DNA of 60,000 nucleotides. It comes from Felis catus. Lineage: Eukaryota. Location: NCBI RefSeq assembly GCF_018350175.1, contig NC_058369.1:1366001-1426000 (forward strand), read 5' to 3'. Below, in pieces: positions 24,500 through 35,389 of this stretch; within the stretch, counting starts at the first letter, position 1, and the number at the start of each line of letters is the position of its first letter. A model generated the notes under the pieces. That model was not told the DNA's origin and ran no database searches. It saw only the letters and a program-made list of their open reading frames with translations. The position numbers and the translations under genes were made by a program.

Positions 24500-26109
24500 A
24501 AGATTTTCTCTCTGAGTGACCTCTGCACTCGCCGTGGGTCTGGGACTCACAGCCTCAGGATCAGGAGCCGCGTGCTTTTCCTGGGCCTGCCGGACGGAGC
24601 CCCAGGTGTGCCATGAGTGTCTTGGTGCTGCTCCTGCCAAGTCCAGAGGTGGCCGGTGGTGTCTCCCTCAGGCGGATGGGGGGGGGGGGGCTCCCGGGAA
24701 GGGCGGGCTGAGGGAAGGGCCCAGCTGCGCTGCAGCGGGAGCTTCTGGGTCCGACCTCCCTGTGCAACTTTGTCCGTTTTCCTTGGAAGAGATTTTGAAC
24801 TTGAAAGCGCGTTGCACAAACAGAACAGGGTTCCTTTGCGCCTCACTCAGCTCCCATGACACCGGGATCAGAGCGGGGCCGGCGCTGAGGAGACCAGCGA
24901 CTTCACCTCCCGTGTCCCTGTCTGCTCAGGCCCAGCTCAGGGTCCCCTTTGTGTTCAGTTGTCGTGTGTCCTCAGCTCGAACCTGCCGCTGCTCCTCACG
25001 TCCAAGGAAAGGCCGGCACCCGTCCCGACCTGCACGCCTTGTGTGCCCTGCAGAGAACGGCCCGTCCTTGCAGAGGGGCTCTCGTGTGGGGTCGGAAGTG
25101 GTTGTGTGTTCTCGGCGGGTGTCCCACCGGCACGTTGCTGCCACTTTCCCCCTCCCCCTGCGAGGGGCGCTTCGAGACTGTCGGGGACCCTGGTCCTCGA
25201 GTCGGCCCATGGGCTTTCTGGCCCGAGGGGGGCCTGGCCTGCAGCGCTGGTGTGGTGGGGCTTTCGTGCCCCCCCCCCCCCCCCCCGGGGCTTTCGCGCC
25301 CCGCCCTTCAGCTGCTCCTGCATCCGCTTTGGGTCCTGCCCGCGTCCTGCTTCTGCACTTGGAGCCTCCGTGTGGCTCCTGGGTGTGTATGCCGTCTCCG
25401 GGCCACGGTCCAGTCTGTCCGGTCTGTGAGCCAGTACCCTGTCACTTGTGTTCCAGAACCGGCCACCGGGAGCGCCCCCGGGCTTTGTCCTGGGCCCTTG
25501 GCATGCCTGTGCCCCTTTTTGGGACACGTCTTGGCTGCCTGCTGTGCCAGATGTTCGGGCTCACCTGCGTGTTCTCTGCGCTGGCCCTGGAATCAGCCCT
25601 CCCTCCGAGGAGCCCGGTTCTTTTCAGAGCCCTGTGGAGCAGGGGACCGGTGCTGAGGCGCGGTGCTGTAAACCCGGATCTTAAACCCATGCAGCCCTCT
25701 TCATTGCTACGGGGCCGGGGCTGTCTCCACACGGGTCCTCGGGGGTGGAGGGGACCGCCCTCCTGGCTGTGGCCGTCTTTCTGCGGGGCGTGGGCGGGTG
25801 GCTCGGGGTGCTCCGCACCTGGGTTCAGAGCTGGGCTGCCCCGCCCGCCCCAGGGTCCCCGGTCCCGCTGCAGAAGCTCATTCCGTCAGTAACTGCTGTC
25901 CGCGGCCACGTCCGGCTCTGTGTGCTGCTGCCGTTGGAACTCTGCGCTCCCGGCCGGCACTCTTGGTTGGACGTCCACGTTCCCACCTGTGTCCTTCTCC
26001 CTGCCTTCGGTCGGAGGCCTGCTCCTCCTGGGCCGCTCCTTGTCTCCTCTCTTCCCCCCGGGTCACCCTGTGAACACTGGCTGTTTACTGTGTGTGCCCT
26101 GGGGGTCTC

Positions 26110-26470
26110 TGTCTTAGTTTGCTTGGACTGTAGTAATAGAACCCTGCGGCGGGAGGGGGGTGTGGGGGGCCTCTCACGGCCAAGATGACGGCTGGCGGCG
26201 TTGGTGCCTGGGGAAGGCCCACTTCTGGCCGGCAGCCCCACTGTCTCGCCCTGTCGTCACATGACACAGAGCACTCCAGTCCCTTCGTCCTCTTAACAAG
26301 GGCACTAATCCCATGGGGGGTGGGGGCGGGGGCGGGTCCCATCCACTGTCCCATCCGCCGTCCCTCGTGACCTCACCTGACCCTCCCCACCTCCCAAAGT
26401 CCCTGTCTCCTGACCATTCTGCTGGGGTCGGGGCCCTAGCGTGGGGATTTGGGGACACAAACGTTCTGCT
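26110..26470 (-). mobile_element. MLT1A/MST-like MaLR LTR
   Basis: tgtcttagtttgct..aagggcactaatcccat..ccctcgtgacctca..cacctcccaaag..ggggacacaaacgttc. Confidence 0.7.
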
Positions 26471-26559
26471 CCTTACCGTCTCTCTGTCTTTCCACCTGGC
26501 CCCTCCAGCGGCCCGGAGAGTGCTTCTGTGTTGGTGTCTTTGTTTGTGGTCGTCGTCTT

Positions 26560-26789
26560 TGTTTTTATTTTTTATTTTTTATAACATTTATTTACTTTTG
26601 AGAGAGAGGGAAAGAGAGAGAGCGTGCGCGCACGCATAGGGGAGGGCAGAGAGAGAAAGGGACAGAGGACTGAAACTGGGCTCTGTGCTGACAGCAGAAA
26701 GCCTGACGCGGGACGCGAACTCACCGACCGTGAGACCGCGACCTGAGCAGAAGTCAGGCGCTTAACCGACTGAGCCACCCAGGCGCCCC
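26560..26789 (-). mobile_element. Can-SINE
   Basis: Reverse-complement consensus. Confidence 0.9.
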
Positions 26790-27511
26790 TAATTTGGCTT
26801 CTTATCCTTGGAAGTCTGCTGGCTGGAGACCCAGCTCACTAGGCCACGCCTGGCTCCCCTGCCTGCGATGGCCCTGGCTTGGCCCGGCGCTCTGTTCTTA
26901 TGAGGCCTGTCACCCTCGTGCAGACCTCAGCTGTGGGCTGTCCTCTCCTCAGGTATGGTTGGCGGGGCTGGCTTCCACCGCCTTCCTGGAGTCTGCAGCG
27001 AGGGCACCTGTTGTTGCCACCCTGCTGTCCCCTTGCCGGGGGCGTGGGGACATGTGGGGCTGATGGTGGACCCGGCTGCTAGGATTCTCTGCTGCCGCTG
27101 CTGCGTGAATTCACGCGTTTCCACATGACAGCCTTCCCCTTCTCGGTGCTCGGGCCCCGCACGTGCCGCGTCGTGCTGGCCCGCCGTCCTCGCCACCGCT
27201 CACGGCCCCGGCCCCCAGGTGCGCAGGCGTATAGGCGGACGGATGAGGCCGAGCGCCCCAGCCGGGCCCCCCGGGCCCTGTGCTCTCTGCCCCGCTGGCC
27301 TCCTCCCGGACTGAGTTTTCGGGACGCCTGTTGATTTTGCCGTGTCCTTTCTCGCCCTCCGGCAGACATCTGCCGGCCAAGCTGGGCCGTGTCCCGTCAC
27401 CCACCTTCATTCTTGTTCTCCACTCTGGGAACTCTGTCCACACGCCGCCTTCCTGTCCACGGCAATTCCCACGTCACGGCGTGCGTGAGTGTGGCCTTCT
27501 GTGTCCTTAGG

Positions 27512-27660
27512 GCTGTGGTTCACAGAGTGGGTCCCCCAGCCTGCAGCCTCGGCATCATCTGGGAACTTGTTAGAGACGCAGACCCCAGACCCCTGACTCT
27601 GAAACGTTGTGGGTGGGCCTCATCTGTACTTGACGAGCCCTCCGGGAGGTTCTGGTGCCT
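27512..27660. mobile_element. MER5A-like hAT element
   Basis: gtggttcacagagtgggtccc..gcatcatctgggaacttgttagagacgcaga. Confidence 0.7.
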
Positions 27661-28830
27661 CCCAGGACCTCTCGGGGTCTGCCCTCCTACTGTGATCCCT
27701 GATGGGAGCGGCCGGTGCTCCTTGGGCGACATTCTTGTCGGAAATGGGGATCGGGAGAGTGGAGTTGGCGGGTGGGTTCGTCGCAGTAGTACGTCCGCAG
27801 AGCGTCCACCGCGAGCTCCCCGTGTCATTTTGCCCCCCTCTTGGTCTTCCCTTGCCTCCGCGCCCTGAGCACAGAGCCCCCGCCAGCCGTGCGGACGCGT
27901 GGAGTGAACGAGTCGAGGCGGTGAGGGGGGAGGGCATCAGACGCCCCTGTGCAGATCCCTTGCGGTGAAACTCGAGGGGTGCTTGTTCTTAGCTTTGTCC
28001 TCAGGGCGTAAGAGGAGGCTGGGCTGGGGCCGAGCACGGCAGCGGGGGATCCCCACACCCGCGCTCTGTCCGCGGTGTGTGCTGGGTGGTGCTGAGGACA
28101 GTAGGGTCAGGGCGTCTGAAGGAATGAAGCCGGGGCCTCGCATCAGCACCCGATTGGGGAGCTGGGTGATGGTGTCATCTCGGCGTGGTGACTGCTCTCC
28201 GTGTGGCGTGCACTCGAAGACACGAGCGCTTGTACTTAGCATGGACGTTTGCGTGCGCTCCCCAGAGCGGGGGACCCAGTGAAGCTGAGTGCCCGTTGCT
28301 AGCTTCCTAGGTAGCAGCGTTCGCCAAACAGGTGTTACGTGGAAAAACGTCTCTGGTTGCTTCATTTGGGCGCCCTGATGCGCTTAGTGATGAGAGAGCG
28401 GGTCAGTCCCTGCCGCAGCAAGCTGACGTTCCTGCCGTGGGCCAGCGCCGGGCTGGGGGTCCCTACAGGGAGACCGGGCCTGGGGCACAGACCTGGGATT
28501 CTGGGGCTCCTGGGACGGAGGAGGAGGATGGGGGAGGGCTGTCCCTGCGTAACAAGACAAGGGCCTCTCCTAAATCCAGGCTTCCTCGGGGCTGTTCTCA
28601 GTCCCCCCTTCCCGGTCAGCGTCTGGCGTCTTCCCTGAAGGCCCGAGGAGTAGGAGGAGGCCACGTCCAAGAAGTTGGATTTTCTGAATCGTTTATGGCG
28701 ATCGGCGCTTCTTAAATGACACAGCTCACAGCCGCCAGTGGAGGCTGGCCAGTCCCTGAAAGGGTCATTCTGCGATCTTTGGAGGCATAGTTGTCAACTT
28801 TTTTCCTTCCTTTTTTCTGCTTAAAAAAAA

Positions 28831-29043
28831 TTTTTTTTTTAATGTTTATTTGTTATTGAGACACAGAGAGAGACAGAGCACAAGCAGGGGAGGGGCAGAG
28901 AGAGAGGGAGACGCAGAATCCGAAGCAGCTCCGGGGTCTGAGCTGTCCGCACAGAGCCTGACGCGGGGCTCGAACCCACGATCCGTGAGATCACGACCTG
29001 AGCCCAAGTTGGACGCTCGACCGACTGGGCCCCCCAGGCGCTC
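28831..29043 (-). mobile_element. Can-SINE
   Basis: Reverse-complement consensus. Confidence 0.93.
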
Positions 29044-29403
29044 CTTTTTTTTCTGCTGGATTTCCTCTTCTCACAAACAAGACGAGCCCACATTCCAGGC
29101 TCCTCCCCACGTGTGCAGGATTTGGTGTGAGACAAGTCAGCTGGCAGGCTGTGGCGGGTTCCTGTGAGGACAGGGGCCGGGGTGCGATGTGAGCCCGGCA
29201 CCCGCATGTGCCGCCGCGCCGCGGCTGCTCGGGCTGCTCTGTGCCTGCATCCGCCTGGCGCCCAGGGGCTTCGCGAGGGTGTGCAGCTCGTTTCGTGACT
29301 TTGTGGCGAGGACTTGAATCAGGCCCTGGGGTGAGGGGCATTTCTAGGGTTTTTCTCCTAGGCAGTGTGCTCCCAGGCAGGTTTGTTAGCCTCAACGCCA
29401 AGT

Positions 29404-29740
29404 CTGTATCGGTTAGCTACGGCTGCATAACAGATCACCCCAGATTTAGCAGCTGGAAGCAACACAGTCTACTAGGTCATGATTTCTGTGGGTCAGGAGT
29501 CCGGGAGCAACTTAGCTGCGTGGCTCTAGCTCAGCGTCTCCCACGAGACACCGTGGTGTGGTCGGCACAGACCCACCAGGGCCGCCTCGTCTGAACGCTG
29601 GACCAGGTGGGAGGAGCTCTTCGTGCCGACGCCCTCCGTTGGCGGGAGGGCTCAGCTCCTCTCCACGTGGGCCTCTCTGTGGGGCTGCTTGTGACCTAGC
29701 AGCTAGCTGGCTTTCCTAGAGTGTGATCCGAGAGAGAATT
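29404..29740 (-). mobile_element. MLT1-like MaLR LTR fragment
   Basis: ggctgcataacagatcacccca..tttctgtgggtcaggagtccgggagca.cttagctg..ctcctctccacgtgggcctctct. Confidence 0.65.
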
Positions 29741-30574
29741 GGTGGAAAGTTCTAGACTAACTGCCCTCGTAGACCTTGCGATACAGTATGGCGTTTTCTC
29801 CGCTTTTCAGGGTCAGTCCGTGCAGGAGTCCGGCGAGCTCTTGCCAAGACTGCGTGTCTGGGTTTCGTTTAAACGTTACCGAGCGGCAACAGGGCGGAAT
29901 CGTCGTGTGAGAATCTTACGAACTCTGCGTTTTCCTACTGAGGTCGGGGGCGGGGGGTGCTTTTAATGGCGGGGAGCATTTCTTCTGTGGGTGTTTTTGC
30001 TGTTAACAGCTCTTTTGAGGTGTAATTCACATACCGTACGACTGACCCACGTAGAATGTCATATTCACAGACTCGTGCAACCATCGCTACTGTGAATTCC
30101 AGAACTTTCCATTACCCCAAAAGAAGCTCCATCCCCGTCAGCCATCACCCTCCCAACCCTTCCAGGCCCCGGCGCACAGGTGTTTGGACGCGTGCTGGTT
30201 GTTTTGGGCGTCCGTATACTTGGGGGTGGAGTCGCCGGGTCCCGTGGATGTTCTGTTTAAACATCACAGGAGCTGCCGGGCCGCTTTCCAGAGTGGCTGC
30301 TCCACGTGACATTCCCGCCAGCCAGGTGTGAAGGTTCCTACTCCTCCTCCCCAACACTCAGGCCTGTCGCTCCCATTCTAGCTGTCCTCGTGGTTTTGAT
30401 TCGGGTCCCATCCTGGCTCAGCTGGCAGAGCATCTTTTCGTGGCCTCGTTAGCCTCGTTGTCTGGCCACTGTCTGGCCACTGGAGCATTTTCTCTGTAAC
30501 CGTGTCAGTGTCAATATGTTTTCGTGGCTTCATCTGTCATTTTGTTTTGAGCTCTCCCGAGTTCTCTGTACACA

Positions 30575-31004
30575 CAGGCACGCGTCGGGGGTACTGTGGG
30601 TTTGGTCCCGGGCCCCCAGAGTAAAGCGAGCGTGTCCATAAAACGACTCACGCAGATTGGTTTCCTGTGCGCATACCAGTCAGGTTTAGGCCACACCGTG
30701 GCCCACCGAGTGTGCAGCGGGATGACGTCCGAAGAAAAGGCAGCGCGCGTACCTTAAAGGACAAACGATTTGCAAAAACGCTCACCATCGCCTGAGCTTT
30801 CGGTGAGACTGACCGCTGATCTCTGCGGCAAATACCACAGTGATGAAGTTTGGAGGATTGCGAGAGTGGCCAAGACGTGCCACGGACTCCGCGTGAGCAA
30901 GTTGGAGAAAGGGTGCCGAGGGGCGCGCTCATCACGGGGTCCGCGCCGCCTTCGGTTTGTGAGAGCGCTGTGCCTGCACAGGGCGGCGAAGCGAGGTGTG
31001 CCCG
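30575..31004. mobile_element. Internally deleted Tigger1-like element, strongly GC-shifted
   Basis: Inverted ends caggcacgcgtcg / cgaggtgtgcccg; internal taaagcgag..tggtttcc..ctgagctttcggtgag and gttggagaaagggtgccg resemble the Tigger1 ends. Confidence 0.7.
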
Positions 31005-33377
31005 TGAGAGATAAGGTCCTTCTCCAGATGGATGGTCTGCAAAGTTTTTCTCTCTTTCTGTGGTTTGTCTTTCCACTTCCTTGATGTCCTTAAGTGTCAT
31101 CGTTTCATTTTGATGAAATGTACCCCACCTGTTTTTCCTCCCCCAGAGGTTTACGAGGTCATTGTAGGGGTGGGTGTGTCGCCGCCCGGCGGGGACTCTG
31201 ATCGGCCCTCTCACGCATCACCGAAGCCTGTGCCCCCATCTGCAGGATGGACTGGTACTTGGGAGCAATGGCAGCCACGGGTGGAGAGGGCTCGGTGCCA
31301 TCTGAGCTCATTGGATGTGTCACCTACTCCCCTGCATTGCCATTTACTCTCCCGAGCTCCGTGGACGCCTCCCGCTGCTGTGGCCATCAGACCTTACGCC
31401 TCTCTAGCGTCCGGATGGGGGCTGTGGACCTAGAGGGCCCAGGGCTGAGCGGACGGGCCGGTTCAGCGATGGGCCCGGGCGCTGCACGGTTGGGGCGAGC
31501 AGTCGGAGCAGCAGGAGTCGTGGCTTCCCCCTTGTTCGCGATGCTGTGTCACCAAACAACAGGGAAATGCCCGCGAGGAGTTTGTGGGGACCCCGAAGGT
31601 AGCGGGGTAGATTCCTACGTGCTCAGCTAAGAGGAGCTCTGTGTCCGTCGAGCCGGGAGGCGTGGAGTCGAGGCTGAGACGGCAGACGAGCTGCCGCGAT
31701 TCCTTGTGTCACCGGCTCCTCATCCTGCACAGCCTCCTGGGGAATCGGGCCACTGGGCTGTGGCCCCCCACCCGCGGGGGCCCAGAGAGGGTGGCGCAGG
31801 CGGGCGTGGGGCTCCTGTGTCCGAGGCCTGGGCTTTCTGCCGGCTCCACGTGCCCTCCCCGGAACACGGGGCATGTGGCGCTGGGCCTCGGGCCGTCCGT
31901 TCCTGTGGCCCGCGGGGCGGCTCTCCTTGCTGCCAGTTCCCGTGGTTCCCGTGAGACCGGTGTGACCTCACGCGCCCAGCAGACCTGCCCCCCAGTTGTC
32001 TTCTGACACTTACCGCGAGGTGTCCGGGCCACTGGTTCCCGTTAGCGGTCCCCACCCCGAGTTTCCGACTCAGCGGGTGGCACTCATGCTGCTGGTCAGG
32101 CTCCCCTCAGTGGGGACCCCTGGCCTGCGTGGGGTCTCCCGTGCCGGACGGCCCGTGACCCATCTCGCACCCCGCTATACGCAGGCAATTAATATTTGTC
32201 ATTTGATCCTTCGTCTGTCGGAGGATAGCATTGAGAACGCTGCGAGCTTGGTTCTTTTACCTTAAAGAAAAAGTAAGGCTTAGCGCAAAAGGCAACACGG
32301 TGTGTGATTCCATTCACGTGAAATGTCCAGAAACAGGCACATCCTGAGAGACCGAAAGTGGGTCACTGGTTGCCGGGGGGATGGGCCGTGGCAGATAGTG
32401 GGGACGGGGTAGCTGTTTGGGGTGAGAAGAGTTCTGCAATAGCGCTTTGGTCGCACAATTCTGAAAGTACCACAGCCACTGGGCTGTGTGCGTGGAGCCG
32501 GCGAGCCCCCTTCTGGGAGAATGCTGTCCCCAGAGAGCCGTGGCTACGAAACTGAGGTTAGGGCCCAAGGTCCTTGGGGTTGTTTTGACCATCACTGAGT
32601 GCGGGACGGGACCGGAGGCTCTGCACTAGGACCCGCCCCCCGCCCACCCCCCTCTCCCCCCTCACCCCCAGGGTCTGTTGTAAAGCCTGGCCTGAGAGGT
32701 GCGGTCACTGCCGCAGAGCAGCTGTTCGCGGCTCTGAACCTGACCTCTCGGCACCGCGCACGCCTTCTCTGTGCCGCTGCAGGTGCGGTGCTCGTATCAG
32801 AGAAGCAGGGGGCCAGAGAAAGGCCACTCGCCGCATCTGGTCCTGCTTTTTTCAAGGTCTGGGGTCAGGGCTGTCCGGACCCCGGTGAGAGGCCTGGAGC
32901 GAGCCCTTGGCCTCCTCTGTGAGGAAGGAGCAACAGTGAGCCCCCCGCCGCCCCGCCCCGTGTGACAGGCATTGTGGGAACCTGGCGTGATCAACTGTGG
33001 GGTTGGGAGGTGTCTGCCTTCTGGCGGGAGGACCGCCACATGAGCTTTCCCCGTGGTTGTGGTACTTGTGTTTCCCCATTTTACAGATGGGGAAACAGAG
33101 GCCTGGAGATGTTCAGTAGCTCAAAACCAGGCCCGCGGCTTCCAGGCTGTAGGAGCACACGGGGGCTGTGGGTGAAGAGTCAGCAGAGGTGGGGGTGCGA
33201 AGTGGGGAGAGAAGGGTCGGGGCATCGACGTCACCCCGGGTCCCTCCTCCCTGCCCGCCTGGGAGGGAGTGCCACGGGTCCAGCTGGGGCCAGGGGCGGG
33301 AACTGGCCAGTAGGCCCTGCCTGGTCCCCACACCCTGTACCACCGGAGGGTGTAAAACCTGTCCCTTTGTCTTTCAG

Positions 33378-33421
33378 GACAAACACCACGATGCTGCTCA
33401 CGAAATCATCGAGACCATCCG
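33378..33421 (+). CDS. DOT1L: DOT1L exon 2 (DKHHDAAHEIIETIR)
   Basis: ctttgtctttcag| acceptor, 44 nt, CG|gtgagt donor. Confidence 0.98.
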
Positions 33422-34457
33422 GTGAGTGTGCCACCTGCTGGGGTGGGTGAGGTCTCAGGGTGGGCCCCCCCTCCCCCCCGCGCCCCCCCCCCCCCGTGCA
33501 GGCCACCCCACCTGTGCTCTCTGCGCATATGGTCTGGTCTGCGGGTTGACCCCACTTTGCCCTGCGTGGCTCCTCCTGGGAGCACCTCCGGAAGACTTGA
33601 GAGGCAGTGACCACTTGGTCAGAGGAGTCCGGGTTGTCCACGTGTGGCCCGGAACAGGTCTCAGTGCTTCTCTGAGACTTGGTGCCTTCCTGTGGAAGGG
33701 GAGGGAAATGCTGAGCCGGCAGGGCCCTCGGGGGCTCTCCCCTCCTCCCCTCAGCCCCTCGTTTCCCTCTCCTCCCTCTTGGATTGGGTGCTGACTCAGC
33801 TTTCCTGCGGCTGCTCTTCCCCTCGGTACCTGGGACGGCCTTTTGCTGGCCTGTCCTGCGTGCGAGTGGAGAAGAGCCCCCGGGCCCTCCTGGGCCAGTA
33901 GGTTGGCGACCTAGACAGGACCCGGGGGAGGCTGCCAGCCGTTCTGTTTCTCGTGGGCCTTTTCTCCCGTGTTGGCCTGGGGTCTGGAAGGACGTCCCGA
34001 ATGCTGTCGTGGCTGGACCGCTTCTTGTCTACGTGTTCCACGGTCAGAAACCCCGTTCTTCTCTGAGCTCCTGCGGCAGGGCCGTTACTGTTTGTGCGTG
34101 GCTTTGACCTCTCTCGCTGTGTTGTCCCTCAAAGTCCTTAAGCATACAGCCACCCCCCAGGCCACAGCCGTGAAGTCTGCATGAACCTGCCAAGGCTGCT
34201 GGCAGGACGGGGCTGGTGAGAAAGCCAGGACGTGAGGTCCGGCTGTGACGGGAGTGCTTTCCCTGCCGCCTGGTGGGGCCACCAAACCCCCGGCGCTCCG
34301 GCTGCCTGAGCCCGTTTGGTTTGCTCCTGAGGCCAAGCCGAGCCTCCTTGCAAGAGCGTTTGCAGTTTTAAGTGAAATAATCTGTGTAGATCTTGTAGGG
34401 TGGGCCTGAAACCAGTCAATAGCGTTAACTGGTTGGCTTGGTTTGATTTATGTTATT

Positions 34458-34674
34458 AAAAAAATTTTTTTTAATGTTCATTTATTTTTGAGACAGAGAG
34501 AGACAGAGCATGAGCAGGGGAGGGTCAGAGAGAGAGGGAGACACAGAATCGGAAGCAGGCTCCAGGCTCTGAGCTGTCGGCACAGAGCCCGACATGGGGC
34601 TCGAACTCATAGACTGTGAGACATGACCTGAGCCGAAGTCGGACGCTCAACCGACTGCGCCCCCCAGGCGCCCC
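34458..34674 (-). mobile_element. Can-SINE with 14-bp TSD tgatttatgttatt
   Basis: TSD at 34444-34457 and 34675-34688. Confidence 0.95.
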
Positions 34675-35177
34675 TGATTTATGTTATTTTTTAAAAAGTC
34701 TGCTGGTTAGGAAGTGGGAGTGTGGTGGTTAACACAGCGGCTCTGAGTCAGGTGGGCTGGAAGCCGTTTCTCGTGTGTAGGGCTGGTCACTTGTCCCTGG
34801 TGCCGGGGCTCAGCATCGGCTCTGCGGCCTTGGAGCCAGCCCTCTGTCCTCAGTCCCCTGTGGCCTCGTCCCCTCCCGAGGCCGTTCTGCGGGAGCCTCA
34901 CATCGGGCTCCCAAAACGGCTTCACCTTCTTCCTTGCTGTCCCTGCAGACCCGTTCTGTCCGTTGGCCAGATGGTCAGTTACTTCAGTGATCTTTCTCTT
35001 ATTTTCCTTTGCGCGGTGGGGAATTTCCAGCAGATACGGAGGTAGACAGAGGGTATACTGAACCCAGGTTCCCGTCACCCAGCCTGACAGCGACCAGCTC
35101 ATCGCCACCTAAGTGTCGTCTGTACCTGCACACACTTCTAGTCCTTCCCGTAGTTGTATGTTTTAAAAGTGCAGTTG

Positions 35178-35362
35178 CGGGGCCCCTGGGGGGCTCAGTT
35201 GGTCGAGGTTCCCGCTTCCGCTGAGGTCACGATCTCGTGGTTCTTGAGTTCGAGCTCCATGTCGGGCTCACCTCTGTGAGCACGGAGCCCACTTCTGACC
35301 CTCTGTTCCCCTGTATCTCTGCCCCTCCCCCACTCGTATTCGCTCAAAAATAAACGTTTAAA
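35178..35362 (+). mobile_element. Can-SINE (diverged)
   Basis: ggggcccctggggggctcagttgg..ttcgag..ctgcccctccccc..aaaaataaa. Confidence 0.85.
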
Positions 35363-35389
35363 GGAAGATTATGAGAATTATGAAAATTT

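Noticed and set aside
24516..25892. 458-aa plus-strand ORF in intron 1
   Set aside because: Pro/Arg/Gly/Cys-rich with no recognisable domain, a non-ATG start and overlapping long ORFs in other frames; expected from stop-poor GC-rich DNA
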